In this document: piece after piece, positions 28,810 to 38,032 of the stretch
Position numbering within the stretch: position 1 is the stretch's first letter
Layout: each line of letters starts with the position of its first letter
Source: Lachnospiraceae bacterium
GTDB lineage: Bacteria; Bacillota; Clostridia; Lachnospirales; Lachnospiraceae
Direction of reading: 5' to 3'
DNA length: 64,000 nt
Assembly (NCBI GenBank): GCA_017445585.1
Contig: JAFSTX010000065.1
Location: 48,128-112,127, forward strand
Position numbers and translations under genes: made by a program
Notes under the pieces: generated by a model
Database searches by the model: none
Told to the model about the DNA's origin: nothing
The model's input: only the letters and a program-made list of their open reading frames with translations

Positions 28810-29849
28810 GTGAATATACACTTAGCGAAATAAAGCAGACAGACCGCCGCGCCAACCGTCTCATGGATGAGCTTCTTATAAAAGAAGGAATACAGCGCGA
28901 CGGCAATCTGGACTATTCTCTGGGACTATTCGACGAAGATTATAAACTCGTCGCCACCGGCTCGTGCTTCAAAAACACTCTTCGCTGCATGGCTGTAGAT
29001 TCGTCCCATCAGGGCGAGGGTCTGCTTAATCAGATAGTGACCGCGCTGATGGACCATCAGTCAGCTATTGGAAATCACGAACTTTTCCTCTATACCAAAT
29101 GCGACTCGGCCAGATTCTTCGGTGATCTCGGTTTTCACGAGATTACCCGCGTAGACGGCAAGGTTGTCTTCATGGAGAACAGGCGCGACGGCTTTGCGCG
29201 ATATCTGGATTCGCTATCCGCGTTTAATTCCGGCAAAGAGGCCGGCGCGATCGTCATGAATGCCAATCCATTTACCAGAGGGCATCTTTATCTGGCCGAA
29301 ACCGCCGCCTCTCAGTGCGAGCAGCTCCATATATTTGTGGTATCCGAGGACGCATCTCTTGTTCCCTTTGAGGTACGCTACGAGCTGGTCCGCCGCGGAA
29401 CGAGTCATCTTAAGAATGTGACCCTGCATCCGTCAGGGAACTATATCATCTCCTCTGCTACCTTCCCGTCGTATTTTCTCAAAGACAGCGAGACAGTGAT
29501 AACCTCCCATGCACGCCTTGACATACGGATCTTTGCGCGGATCGCCGCCGCCCTCGGTATAGACAGACGCTTCGTCGGAGAAGAGCCTCTGAGCCAGGTG
29601 ACCGGTATATATAACAGAGTCATGGCCGACGAGCTGCCTTTATCCGGAGTGCAGGTCACTGTGATCCCTCGTCTGGCAGAAGGAGGATCTGCCATCAGTG
29701 CCTCCACAGTGCGTTCTCTGATAAAAAAAGGAGACCTTGCGGCCATAAGGCCACTGGTCCCCGAATCCACATACGAATACTTCACGTCTCCCGCCGCCGC
29801 ACCGGTCATCGAGCGGATACGATCAGCCGGTGAAGTCATCCATTACTGA
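28806..29849 (+). CDS. citC: [Citrate (pro-3S)-lyase] ligase-like protein (CitC family: GNAT-like N-domain + cytidylyltransferase-like domain)
   Basis: Start MSEYTLSEIK forms an ATGA overlap with the ABC-F stop. Contains MNANPFTRGHLYLAE (nucleotidyl-transferase HxGH-type motif) and ISASTVR near the C-terminus, as in CitC. Confidence 0.75.
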   Translation: MSEYTLSEIKQTDRRANRLMDELLIKEGIQRDGNLDYSLGLFDEDYKLVATGSCFKNTLRCMAVDSSHQGEGLLNQIVTALMDHQSAIGNHELFLYTKCDSARFFGDLGFHEITRVDGKVVFMENRRDGFARYLDSLSAFNSGKEAGAIVMNANPFTRGHLYLAETAASQCEQLHIFVVSEDASLVPFEVRYELVRRGTSHLKNVTLHPSGNYIISSATFPSYFLKDSETVITSHARLDIRIFARIAAALGIDRRFVGEEPLSQVTGIYNRVMADELPLSGVQVTVIPRLAEGGSAISASTVRSLIKKGDLAAIRPLVPESTYEYFTSPAAAPVIERIRSAGEVIHY

Positions 29850-30477
29850 TAAAATGCCCTATAAAGCTCCTGCGATGTATTTCGCAGGGGCCTTTTTCTT
29901 TTATTGCATTGATATGAACCGCCGTACCGTAACCCTTGTGCTGGGCAAAACCGTAATCCGGATAGAGTTCGTCGTACTTCATCATCAGACGGTCCCTCGT
30001 GACCTTGGCGAGGATGCTGGCGGCAGCGATGGACACGCTCTTCGCGTCGCCCTTGACTATAGGTACCTGACGGATATCCACATCCGGGATACGTACTGCG
30101 TCGTTCAGCAGGATCTGAGGCTTTACGGAAAGCTGCGAGATGGCCTGACGCATCGCTTCGTATGTTGCCTGGAGTATATTGATCTCGTCGATGACCTTTT
30201 CGGAGACTATTCCGATCCCGTAAGAGACCGCCTTTCTGACGATCTCATCGTAGAGCATCTCGCGGCGTTTCTCCGACAGTTTCTTGGAATCATTAAGAAA
30301 AAGGATCTCGCAGTCCTTTGGCAGGATACAGGCCGCAGCCACCACGGGGCCGGCCAGAGGCCCCCTGCCTGCCTCGTCTATACCGCAGATCAGATCGAAC
30401 TCGCTGTATTTATTTTCATAGATTCGCATTCCGGCGAGTCTTGTGCGTTCGGCCTCGATATCGAATTTTTTAGCCAT
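29836..30477 (-). CDS. rnhB: Ribonuclease HII
   Basis: GIDEAGRGPLAGPVVAAA, DSKKLS, and HR.SF at the C-terminus. Its 3' end overlaps the convergent citC-like gene by 14 bp. Confidence 0.9.
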   Translation of the reverse strand: MAKKFDIEAERTRLAGMRIYENKYSEFDLICGIDEAGRGPLAGPVVAAACILPKDCEILFLNDSKKLSEKRREMLYDEIVRKAVSYGIGIVSEKVIDEINILQATYEAMRQAISQLSVKPQILLNDAVRIPDVDIRQVPIVKGDAKSVSIAAASILAKVTRDRLMMKYDELYPDYGFAQHKGYGTAVHINAIKEKGPCEIHRRSFIGHFISNG

Positions 30478-30486
30478 TTTTCTCCT

Positions 30487-31299
30487 TTATCCGAGCATCA
30501 GGAAGCCGGCCATGTCGCCGCGCTTTCCTCCGGTAACTCTGTGTGAAAAGAATATATCAGGATTGCAGCATGTGCACAGCTGCGAAATCTCCAGATGATC
30601 GTCACGGATCCCGGCTTCCTTCATCGCAAGAGCATTAAAGCCCCACAGATCAACGAGATATTTGCCGTCGCCGCGCCTTTTGATAAGTTCCGGATCGGAG
30701 CCCGGGAAAGCTGAAGCAAAGATTTCGGCCACCTCCGCTCCCACCTCAAAACAGTCTCTGCAGATACCGGGGCCGATACATGCGAGGATATCCACTGGAT
30801 CCGAACCGAAAGCCTGCGTCATCGCTTTTACCGTCGCACACGCCATCTTTCCGGCAGTGCCCCTCCATCCGGAATGTGACAGCCCTATCGCCATTTTTAC
30901 CGGGTCCAGAAAGAACAGCGGTATGCAGTCGGCATAGCGGCAAACCAGTGCCAGACCAGGTGCATTCGTGATGAGGCCGTCGCAGCCGGACAGATCCGAA
31001 GGACAGGTTATTCCCTTGCCGGCGTCATCTGCCGAAACCCGCTTCACCACTGTCCCATGCTCCAGAACGGACATGACCATCTGCTCAGGCTTTATCCCCA
31101 GAGCGCGCCCCATACGGCGGTAGTTCTCATTGACACGGTCCGGATCGTCGCCCTTAAGAAAGCCCAGATTCATCGACGAAAGGTGCCCGCTGCTGACGCC
31201 TCCGAAACGTGTGGAAAAGCCGTGCTTCACCAAACCGGTCTCTTCGAGAAGATCAAAGGTCAGATAAGGTACTTTATACTTTGAAAAAAGTCGCATCAC
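30487..31299 (-). CDS. pgeF: Peptidoglycan editing factor PgeF (YfiH/DUF152, laccase-domain protein)
   Basis: GFSTR.GGVS...SMNLG, ADC.P, SHSGWRGT, CIGP.IC..C.EVG. Confidence 0.88.
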   Translation of the reverse strand: MMRLFSKYKVPYLTFDLLEETGLVKHGFSTRFGGVSSGHLSSMNLGFLKGDDPDRVNENYRRMGRALGIKPEQMVMSVLEHGTVVKRVSADDAGKGITCPSDLSGCDGLITNAPGLALVCRYADCIPLFFLDPVKMAIGLSHSGWRGTAGKMACATVKAMTQAFGSDPVDILACIGPGICRDCFEVGAEVAEIFASAFPGSDPELIKRRGDGKYLVDLWGFNALAMKEAGIRDDHLEISQLCTCCNPDIFFSHRVTGGKRGDMAGFLMLG

Positions 31300-31649
31300 A
31301 TACCTCCGAAAGCGTTTGCAAAGTGCCTGATCTCTCCGTCAGCAAAACACGCTATCACGTCAAATCTGCAGAGCGTGGTCTCCGGCAGTCCTCTCATCAT
31401 AAGATAGATTCTCGCAGTATTCATAATGGTACGCTGTTTGGCTGCTGTCACGGCTTCCTGAGGATATCCCATGACATTTGTCGTACGGTACTTTACCTCA
31501 GCGAAAACGAGCGTGTCCCCATCGAGCGCCACGATATCTATCTCACCGTGGCGTGACCTGAAATTCCTTTCGAGCACACGGATGCCCGCTGATTCGAGAT
31601 ATTCGCACGCTCTGCTCTCATATTCCGTTCCGACGCTTCTCCTGTTCAA
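31296..31649 (-). CDS. yraN: YraN-family (UPF0102) endonuclease-like protein
   Basis: G.E.E..A..YL...G...L.RN.R...GEIDIVA......VF.EVK.R. Confidence 0.85.
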   Translation of the reverse strand: MNRRSVGTEYESRACEYLESAGIRVLERNFRSRHGEIDIVALDGDTLVFAEVKYRTTNVMGYPQEAVTAAKQRTIMNTARIYLMMRGLPETTLCRFDVIACFADGEIRHFANAFGGM

Positions 31650-32515
31650 GCCCGAATTTCCTCCGGAACCTCCAGTGTAAATCTGCCCGTCCTGGATGAG
31701 CGAAGATCATCGAGAAAGAGCCTTGCCGCCCTCAGCGTATCCGGTGCGGCACCGGACTTTACCAGGTTGCGGTGCCTGGCTATATCAGTGAGCACTTCAT
31801 AGCTCATGCCTTCTTCACAGGCTCCGTATCTGGCGTTTATCACACCGGGATAATTGGAAACGAGGTATTTGATGCCCTCACAGGCAAGCTCTTCCGCATC
31901 GAGTATATTATCATTTATCGAACCTATAAGCGCAAGTTTCACTCCTACCATCGGATCCTCAAATCTGGGCCAGAGGATACCCGGAGTATCGAGAAGCTCT
32001 ACGCCCCGGCCTATGTTTATCCACTGATTACCTTTTGTGACTCCGGGTTTGTCACCCGTCTTTGCAGCAGTCTTCCCGGCCAGTGAATTGATCAATGTGG
32101 ATTTCCCTACGTTCGGTATACCGGCGATCATGACCCTGAGCGGGCGGTTCATGATACCGCGTGCACGGTCACGTTCACTCTTTTTTTGCAGTGCCGTACG
32201 GATCTGGGCCTCGATTGCGGATTTGTCACGTCCGTTTCTGGCGTCGGTGACCACCACGGCAAGTCCCTTTGCCTCGTAATAAGCTCTCCATCGGTCGTTG
32301 GCCTGCGGATCAGCCAGATCAGCCTTGGTCATCAGCAGGAATCTCGCCTTGCCACGGCAGAGTCCGTCCAGATCGGGATTACGGCTGGACAAAGGCACTC
32401 TGGCGTCGATAAGTTCTATGACGAGGTCTATCAGCTTCAGATCTTCCTTCATGCTGCGCACTGCCTTCGTCATATGGCCCGGGTACCAGTTTATCTTTGC
32501 TGTCGTTTCACTCAT
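31646..32515 (-). CDS. rbgA: Ribosome biogenesis GTPase A (YlqF/RbgA, circularly permuted GTPase)
   Basis: INWYPGHM.KA, DARVPLSSRNP, TKADLAD, GIPNVGKSTLIN, and DTPGILWP. Confidence 0.9.
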   Translation of the reverse strand: MSETTAKINWYPGHMTKAVRSMKEDLKLIDLVIELIDARVPLSSRNPDLDGLCRGKARFLLMTKADLADPQANDRWRAYYEAKGLAVVVTDARNGRDKSAIEAQIRTALQKKSERDRARGIMNRPLRVMIAGIPNVGKSTLINSLAGKTAAKTGDKPGVTKGNQWINIGRGVELLDTPGILWPRFEDPMVGVKLALIGSINDNILDAEELACEGIKYLVSNYPGVINARYGACEEGMSYEVLTDIARHRNLVKSGAAPDTLRAARLFLDDLRSSRTGRFTLEVPEEIRA

Positions 32516-33083
32516 TTCCTATGAACCCTATCTCGCTCAATGGCGCAATCCTGATCCAGACCCGCCCTTCGATATTATCCGAAGTGACTGTCCCCACGGC
32601 CAGAAAGCGGCTGTCCTCGCTGGAGTCTCCGTTGTCTCCCAGTACGAAGTATTCGTCCTGCAGGAGCGTCACCGTATCCTCAGCAAGCCCCGGCACGTTA
32701 TATACGGCTTCACCGTAAGGAAAATCGAGAAGACTGTCGTTAATATACACGCTGCCGCCTGTGATCCGGACCCTCTCACCGGGGAGGCCTATGATACGCT
32801 TTACCGATGTCCTGCCGTCACCGTAAGTAAAACTGACCACGTCAAAACGCTCTATATCATGAAATCTGTATCCCAGGCGATCGATCAGCACCGTATCTCC
32901 GTCACTGAGAAGCGGAGTCATGGAGTGTCCGTCCACGCTTACTCTGTTGCCGAAGGCCCAGATGAGCATGGCGGCCAGAGCCACGGCGATGACCACGCCG
33001 ATGACCCATTTTGCAATCTCTGATACAAATCTCGGTGACTGAAGATCCATGTATGCTCCCACGACGGCCTTAGCCTGGTTCAT
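32508..33083 (-). CDS. lepB: Signal peptidase I
   Basis: N-terminal TM, catalytic GHSMTPLL, VKRIIGLPGERV, and GDNGDSSEDSRF (S26 boxes). Confidence 0.88.
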   Translation of the reverse strand: MNQAKAVVGAYMDLQSPRFVSEIAKWVIGVVIAVALAAMLIWAFGNRVSVDGHSMTPLLSDGDTVLIDRLGYRFHDIERFDVVSFTYGDGRTSVKRIIGLPGERVRITGGSVYINDSLLDFPYGEAVYNVPGLAEDTVTLLQDEYFVLGDNGDSSEDSRFLAVGTVTSDNIEGRVWIRIAPLSEIGFIGNE

Positions 33084-33156
33084 TCCGCGCGGAAACGCGT
33101 CCAGGTACCGCCTCTGTCCGAATATGATACCATATTTTCAGCAGGGATTGAACAGC

Positions 33157-33192
33157 AAAATATAGAAAATGGGACAGCCGACTGGCTGTCCC
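33157..33192 (-). terminator. Rho-independent terminator of rplS
   Basis: Minus strand has GGGACAGCC-AGTC-GGCTGTCCC followed by ATTTTCTATATTTT. Confidence 0.75.
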
Positions 33193-33198
33193 GGGTGA

Positions 33199-33543
33199 TT
33201 ATCTGAGTACTTCCTTGACCTTAGCGGCTTTGCCGACACGGTCACGCAGATAGTTGAGCTTGGCTCTTCTGACTTTACCGCGTCTGACGACCTCGATCTT
33301 GGCGATCAGGGGAGTATGCAGAGGCCAGGTCTTCTCGACGCCGACTCCGTTAGAAGTCTTGCGTACGGTGAAGGTCTCTCTGGCGCCGCCGCCCTGACGC
33401 TTCAGGACTGTTCCCTCGAATACCTGGATACGCTCGCGGTTGCCTTCTTTGATCATGGCATGCACGCGTACGGTGTCGCCTACGTTGAAGTCGGCAACTT
33501 CACGAAGCTGCGCGTCCTCGATCTTCTTGATAATCTCGTTCAT
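33199..33543 (-). CDS. rplS: 50S ribosomal protein L19
   Basis: Start at [14 protein letters not shown]...[31 protein letters not shown] lies upstream. Confidence 0.95.
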   Translation of the reverse strand: MNEIIKKIEDAQLREVADFNVGDTVRVHAMIKEGNRERIQVFEGTVLKRQGGGARETFTVRKTSNGVGVEKTWPLHTPLIAKIEVVRRGKVRRAKLNYLRDRVGKAAKVKEVLR

Positions 33544-33644
33544 GATAATCCTCCTCGTATATACAATGTCCATGTCCGGAGGACTTTCCTTACCGGCAGC
33601 GGGCCATTTGATCACGCAAGTTGGTACTTTAACATATCATCGGT
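33544..33644 (-). promoter_or_regulatory. 101-nt trmD-rplS spacer, possible L19-leader-type regulatory RNA
   Basis: Contains GTCC-TCC-GGAC. A CCTCC tract could pair with the GAGGAGG SD. Not checked against a covariance model. Confidence 0.3.
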
Positions 33645-34346
33645 TTATTTGCAAGCCTTTTTTTGTTTGTCCAGCAGATCCGGGCGTCTCTGGCGTGTAC
33701 GCATCAGAGACTGTTCGCGGCGCCATGCCGCGACCTTCGCATGGTCTCCCGACAGCAGGATCTCCGGCACTTTCATGCCCTGATAATCCGCAGGCCTCGT
33801 ATACTGGGGATATTCCAGCAGGCCATCGGAGAATGATTCCTCAGTCCCTGACTCTGCATTCGTAAGCACTCCCGGAACGTTGCGCGATATCGCATCTATC
33901 ATGACCATCGCGGGAAGCTCGCCGCCCGTCAGTACATAATCTCCTATAGAGACATTATCCGTCACGATCTTTTCGAGGATACGCTCATCCACACCTTCGT
34001 AATGCCCGCAGAGAAAAACGAGATCCTCCTCTGACGCGAGTTCTTTGGCCATGGCCTGATCAAAAACCCTGCCCTGAGGAGTGACGTATATCACTCGCAC
34101 ATCGTGATCCAGCCCCCGGCGGATGCTCTCGTAGGCCCGGTCTATGGGTCCTGCCTGCATCACCATGCCCGCTCCGCCGCCGAAGGGATAGTCGTCGATG
34201 CGTCCTTTGCGCCCGGGATCGGCAAATTCGCGGATATTTACGAGGTCCAGGCTGATATGGCCGGCCTTTACCGCGCGTCCGATGATGCTCTCATTCAGGC
34301 AGGCATCCATCATCTCCGGAAAAAGTGTCATAACGTGGTAAGTCAT
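33645..34346 (-). CDS. trmD: tRNA (guanine37-N1)-methyltransferase
   Basis: TLFPEM....L..SI.GRA......L...NIR.F.......DD.P.GGG.GMV, and GHYEG.DER. Confidence 0.93.
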   Translation of the reverse strand: MTYHVMTLFPEMMDACLNESIIGRAVKAGHISLDLVNIREFADPGRKGRIDDYPFGGGAGMVMQAGPIDRAYESIRRGLDHDVRVIYVTPQGRVFDQAMAKELASEEDLVFLCGHYEGVDERILEKIVTDNVSIGDYVLTGGELPAMVMIDAISRNVPGVLTNAESGTEESFSDGLLEYPQYTRPADYQGMKVPEILLSGDHAKVAAWRREQSLMRTRQRRPDLLDKQKKACK

Positions 34347-34855
34347 AGATCCTCCAGCCCGTCCAGCAGATGGACACAGATGATATCCGTATCAGTATCG
34401 ATACTGAGTACACAGTCCGGTATGACAGGGATCAGGAGCTCACGCTCTCCTCTGTCCACTACATACACATCATTCGCACCTGTAGTCATTACATCCTTAA
34501 GAACTCCGAGTTCTCTGCCGGAATCCTCGATAACTTTCATGCCGATAAGATCCGCCACATAGTGTTCGCCCTCGTTCAGAGGTATGGCATCCTCGCGGCT
34601 CACCAGCAGATCGCAGCCCTTATATTCCTCTATATCTTCTATACGATCCATACCTGACAGTTTCAGGATAGCCATTCCCTTAAAATACTTTACGCCTTCC
34701 ACACTGCAGGTCAGATGTCCTTTTTTCGTATCAATGATAACGGTTTTGAGCGTATCAAAACGATGCAGATCCTCCGTAGTGGGATAAACTTTGATCTCGC
34801 CTTTGATACCGTGTGTATTTACAAATATTCCGACTCTGAAATAATCCTGTTTCAA
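34343..34855 (-). CDS. rimM: 16S rRNA processing protein RimM
   Basis: GI.G..KV.P.T... N-terminal beta-barrel plus a C-terminal PRC barrel. ATGA overlap with trmD. Confidence 0.9.
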   Translation of the reverse strand: MKQDYFRVGIFVNTHGIKGEIKVYPTTEDLHRFDTLKTVIIDTKKGHLTCSVEGVKYFKGMAILKLSGMDRIEDIEEYKGCDLLVSREDAIPLNEGEHYVADLIGMKVIEDSGRELGVLKDVMTTGANDVYVVDRGERELLIPVIPDCVLSIDTDTDIICVHLLDGLEDL

Positions 34856-34959
34856 GGAATCACCTCACCGGATGATCACGCCGAGGTCACGCGGGCCCTG
34901 CGCATCATCCATTATTTATGATCTCGGGGCTTTCACCCGAAGGCGAAAGCCCCGAAGCC

Positions 34960-35187
34960 TTACTCGATGTCGAGAGTCACGTGCTTGTCCTCTTTTGTCG
35001 CGGCAACCTTGAGGATCGTACGGATAGCCTTGGCTATACGGCCCTGTTTGCCGATGACCTTGCCCATATCGGCAGGTGCGACGCTGAGGGTGAGACTGGT
35101 CTCACGATCATCAGAAGCTTCCGTGACCACAACCTGATCCGGCTCGCTGACGAGAGCCTTTGCGATCACCTCTACCAGTTCCTTCAT
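34960..35187 (-). CDS. ylqC: KH-domain RNA-binding protein (YlqC/UPF0109)
   Basis: 75 aa with the GKVIGKQGRIAKAIRTI (GxxG KH) motif. Located between rpsP and rimM. Confidence 0.85.
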   Translation of the reverse strand: MKELVEVIAKALVSEPDQVVVTEASDDRETSLTLSVAPADMGKVIGKQGRIAKAIRTILKVAATKEDKHVTLDIE

Positions 35188-35202
35188 AACCCGCCTCCTA
35201 AC

Positions 35203-35445
35203 TTATTCAAGGCCAGCAATCTTAAGGATCTTGGCAACAGTTTCAGTGGGCTTCGCGCCGTTGGCGATCCACTCCTTGGCTTTGTCCACGTCAACTTTGA
35301 TGACGCTGGGATCTACGTTGGGATCATAGTATCCGATCTCCTCGATAAATCTTCCATCTCTGGGAGAACGGGAATCGGCTACGATGACTCTGTAGAAAGG
35401 TGCTTTCTTCTGTCCCATTCTTCTAAGACGAATCTTTACTGCCAT
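35203..35445 (-). CDS. rpsP: 30S ribosomal protein S16
   Basis: [42 protein letters not shown]. Confidence 0.95.
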   Translation of the reverse strand: MAVKIRLRRMGQKKAPFYRVIVADSRSPRDGRFIEEIGYYDPNVDPSVIKVDVDKAKEWIANGAKPTETVAKILKIAGLE

Positions 35446-35468
35446 GATTATGTACCTCCTTATAATCT

Positions 35469-36812
35469 TTATGAAAAGGGGAATTTGAATTTACCGAAAC
35501 GGTTCTTCTTTCCCATCATTCCCGACATCTGTTTCATCATCTTGCGGCTCTCTCCGAACTGCTTGATGAGTCTGTTCACATCGGCTATATCCACTCCGGC
35601 GCCGCCGGCGATTCGCCGTCTGCGGGTCGGTCCGATATCATCAGGATGAGTCCTCTCGTATGGAGTCATTGACATGATAATGGCCTCCACTCTGCGCATC
35701 GACTTCTCATCCGGAAGCTGAGCTCCCTTGAGCTGACTGCCCATACCCGGAATCATCGCGAGCAGCTCGCTCATATCTCCCATCTTGCGCAGCTGTGCAG
35801 ACTGCTCGAGGTAATCATTGAAATCAAACTGCGCCTTTGACATCTTTTCCGCCATTTCCCTGGCAGACTTTTCGTCGTAGGCTGCCTGTGCCTTTTCGAT
35901 GAGAGTGAGCACATCACCCATACCGAGGATCCTCGAGGCCATGCGGTCCGGATAGAACTGTTCAAGATTCTCCGGCTTTTCGCCCATTCCTATGAAGTAG
36001 ATGGGTTTGCCTGTGACAGAGACTATGGAGAGTGCGGCACCGCCCCGGGTATCGCCGTCGAGCTTCGTAAGTATGACTCCGTCAATGCCGATTTCCTGAT
36101 CAAATGTACCGGCGACGTTCACCGCATCCTGTCCGGTCATGGCGTCCACCACGAGCAGACGGCAGTTCACGCTTACAGCCTTCTCGACGTCGCGCAGCTC
36201 CTGCATCATCTCTTCATCTATGTGAAGACGCCCGGCGGTATCCAGGATCAGCAGATTAAAGCCGTTCTTTCTGGCATGCTCCACTGCCGCTCTGGCTATA
36301 TCCGCAGGCGCATGTCCGGTACCTATGGAAAAGACTTCGACGCCAAGCTTCTCTCCGTTCACACGAAGCTGCTCTATGGCAGCCGGTCTGTGTATATCCA
36401 GCGCGACGAGCAGCGGTCTGCGTCCGGCTGAGCGATATTTGGCGGCGAGCTTTGCGGCAGTGGTGGTCTTGCCGGCGCCCTGAAGTCCACAGAGCATCAG
36501 AGTAGATATCTCACCGGCCGGAAGAAGCCCGGGTTCTCTCGTCTCGCCTCCCATAAGCCTGATCAGTTCTTCGTTGACGATCTTGATCACCTGCTGTCCC
36601 GGAGTCAGACTCTCGAGGACGTCGCTGCCGATGGCGCGCTCAGTGACCGAATTCACGAACTGTTTCACGACCTTAAAATTGACGTCGGCTTCTAGGAGCG
36701 CCATCTTGACTTCCTTCATGGCTTCCTTTACATCAGCCTCACTAAGTCTCCCTTTGCCGCGCAGATTGCGGAATATATTCTGAAGTTTTTCTGATAAACT
36801 CTCAAGTGCCAT
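35469..36812 (-). CDS. ffh: Signal recognition particle protein Ffh (SRP54)
   Basis: Start at [21 protein letters not shown]. Has the G-domain [22 protein letters not shown], and a Met-rich M-domain. Confidence 0.95.
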   Translation of the reverse strand: MALESLSEKLQNIFRNLRGKGRLSEADVKEAMKEVKMALLEADVNFKVVKQFVNSVTERAIGSDVLESLTPGQQVIKIVNEELIRLMGGETREPGLLPAGEISTLMLCGLQGAGKTTTAAKLAAKYRSAGRRPLLVALDIHRPAAIEQLRVNGEKLGVEVFSIGTGHAPADIARAAVEHARKNGFNLLILDTAGRLHIDEEMMQELRDVEKAVSVNCRLLVVDAMTGQDAVNVAGTFDQEIGIDGVILTKLDGDTRGGAALSIVSVTGKPIYFIGMGEKPENLEQFYPDRMASRILGMGDVLTLIEKAQAAYDEKSAREMAEKMSKAQFDFNDYLEQSAQLRKMGDMSELLAMIPGMGSQLKGAQLPDEKSMRRVEAIIMSMTPYERTHPDDIGPTRRRRIAGGAGVDIADVNRLIKQFGESRKMMKQMSGMMGKKNRFGKFKFPFS

Positions 36813-36838
36813 TATATGTTTCCCTAACAGTCGTGGGC

Positions 36839-37177
36839 TCAGTCCTCCCGAAGTTTCAGACACAGTGAACGGATGACGGCAAGAGCGTTTTTATCTCCGT
36901 CCGCGAGCCTGACGGCAGCTTCTTCGATCTCTTCGGTAATGAGACGCAGCTCGTTATGTCTCTTTACGAGACCGAGTTTAGCCTCATAATCGGCCAGCGT
37001 CCTGCCTGTGCGCCTGAGCATGTCGTGGATGCCCTGACGGCTGATACCCTCGTCCTCCGCAACCTCGCTTGGACTGTAGTCATCGAAATATACTTCCTGG
37101 TATATCTTGCGCTGCTGCTGTGTCAGCAGTTCACCGTAATAATCAAACAGCAGTGCCTGCTCGATCAGATCATCCAT
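36839..37177 (-). CDS. ylxM: YlxM (UPF0122) putative DNA-binding protein
   Basis: LFDYYGELLT..Q......YY.DD.S..EIAE..GISRQ...D is the family signature. Immediately upstream of ffh. Confidence 0.85.
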   Translation of the reverse strand: MDDLIEQALLFDYYGELLTQQQRKIYQEVYFDDYSPSEVAEDEGISRQGIHDMLRRTGRTLADYEAKLGLVKRHNELRLITEEIEEAAVRLADGDKNALAVIRSLCLKLRED

Positions 37178-37230
37178 GACTCTACCTCATCGCCGTACGG
37201 CCGTGTCCGTTCCGCCTTCTGTAAAGTAAA

Positions 37231-37275
37231 GATCCTTTACATGCAGCCTGAGTATAATACTACATGCAAAGGATC
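37231..37275 (-). terminator. 16-bp hairpin, likely terminator of the upstream cyclodeaminase-like gene, overlapping the ylxM promoter
   Basis: Minus-strand RNA GAUCCUUUGCAUGUAG-(13 nt)-CUGCAUGUAAAGGAUC pairs over all 16 positions. Two of the pairs are G-U wobbles, which would be A-C mismatches on the opposite strand. Followed by UUUACUUUAC. Confidence 0.45.
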
Positions 37276-37282
37276 GTGTCAA
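37254..37282 (-). promoter_or_regulatory. Sigma-A promoter of the ylxM-ffh operon
   Basis: Minus strand has TTGACA (37282-37277), a 17-nt spacer, then TATTAT (37259-37254). Confidence 0.6.
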
Positions 37283-37343
37283 GTGCTTTTGCTTTACAAA
37301 AAATCGATAATAAAACGGATCATTAAATTCGCGCAGATACGGA

Positions 37344-37970
37344 TCAGATAAGCAGACGGACCTTATCGAATATATCGTCCGAAAGCTCCTGCGCACGCAT
37401 CAGCAGCTCTTCACCTTCAGCGCGGTATCTGCCGGCCAGAGCGGTATCCTTCATGGAATTGATATTTATCAGGACGTTAAGCCAGGCGCCCTTTACCGTA
37501 GCATACAGATTTACGGCAGCCACACCTAAATCGCTGATGGCCGCTCTGGTCGTATGTCCCACGAGAACCGCTGTCAGTTCCAGAGCCTCCATGGCTATCT
37601 TCATAAGCTCCATAGGCGGCTTTACGCAGATGAGCAGTGCTTCCTGCATAGCCTGACGGCGTGCGTTTTTTTCTTCTTCCGTGTTTTTGGGCATACGGAA
37701 AACCGCTCCCATACTTTCAAAAGCTTCGGCATCCCTGTCCATAGCAGCCAGCAGTCTGGCTGCAAGCTGCCTGCACTCCTGTTTCCAGCTTTCGGTCTGT
37801 TCTTTCTGATCGGCAAATTTAGGATTTGTGACAGTAAGCGAGCAGACCATCTCGGACAGCGTCATGCCTATCGCCCCGGTGAGTGCCGCCGCAGCGCCGC
37901 CTCCAGGCGCAGGCGCGTCAGAACCGAGCAGTTCCAGAAAGTCATCTATACGGTAATCTTTGAATTCCAT
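37344..37970 (-). CDS. Cyclodeaminase/cyclohydrolase family protein (FTCD C-terminal domain-like)
   Basis: Start at MEFKDYRIDDFLELLGSDAPAPGGGAAAALTGAIGMTLSEMV, the family signature. SD GGAG lies 6 nt upstream. Confidence 0.8.
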   Translation of the reverse strand: MEFKDYRIDDFLELLGSDAPAPGGGAAAALTGAIGMTLSEMVCSLTVTNPKFADQKEQTESWKQECRQLAARLLAAMDRDAEAFESMGAVFRMPKNTEEEKNARRQAMQEALLICVKPPMELMKIAMEALELTAVLVGHTTRAAISDLGVAAVNLYATVKGAWLNVLININSMKDTALAGRYRAEGEELLMRAQELSDDIFDKVRLLI

Positions 37971-37986
37971 CGTATTCTCCTTTTTT

Positions 37987-38021
37987 AAAAATCCCCCGCC
38001 TGTAAGGGCGGGGGAAAAAAA
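37987..38021 (-). terminator. Rho-independent (bidirectional-looking) terminator after the EF-G paralogue
   Basis: The CCCCCGCC-CTTACA-GGCGGGGG stem is flanked by a T-run on both strands. It lies in the 62-nt gap between the stop at 38033 and the next start at 37970. Confidence 0.65.
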
Positions 38022-38032
38022 CAGACTTTGCA

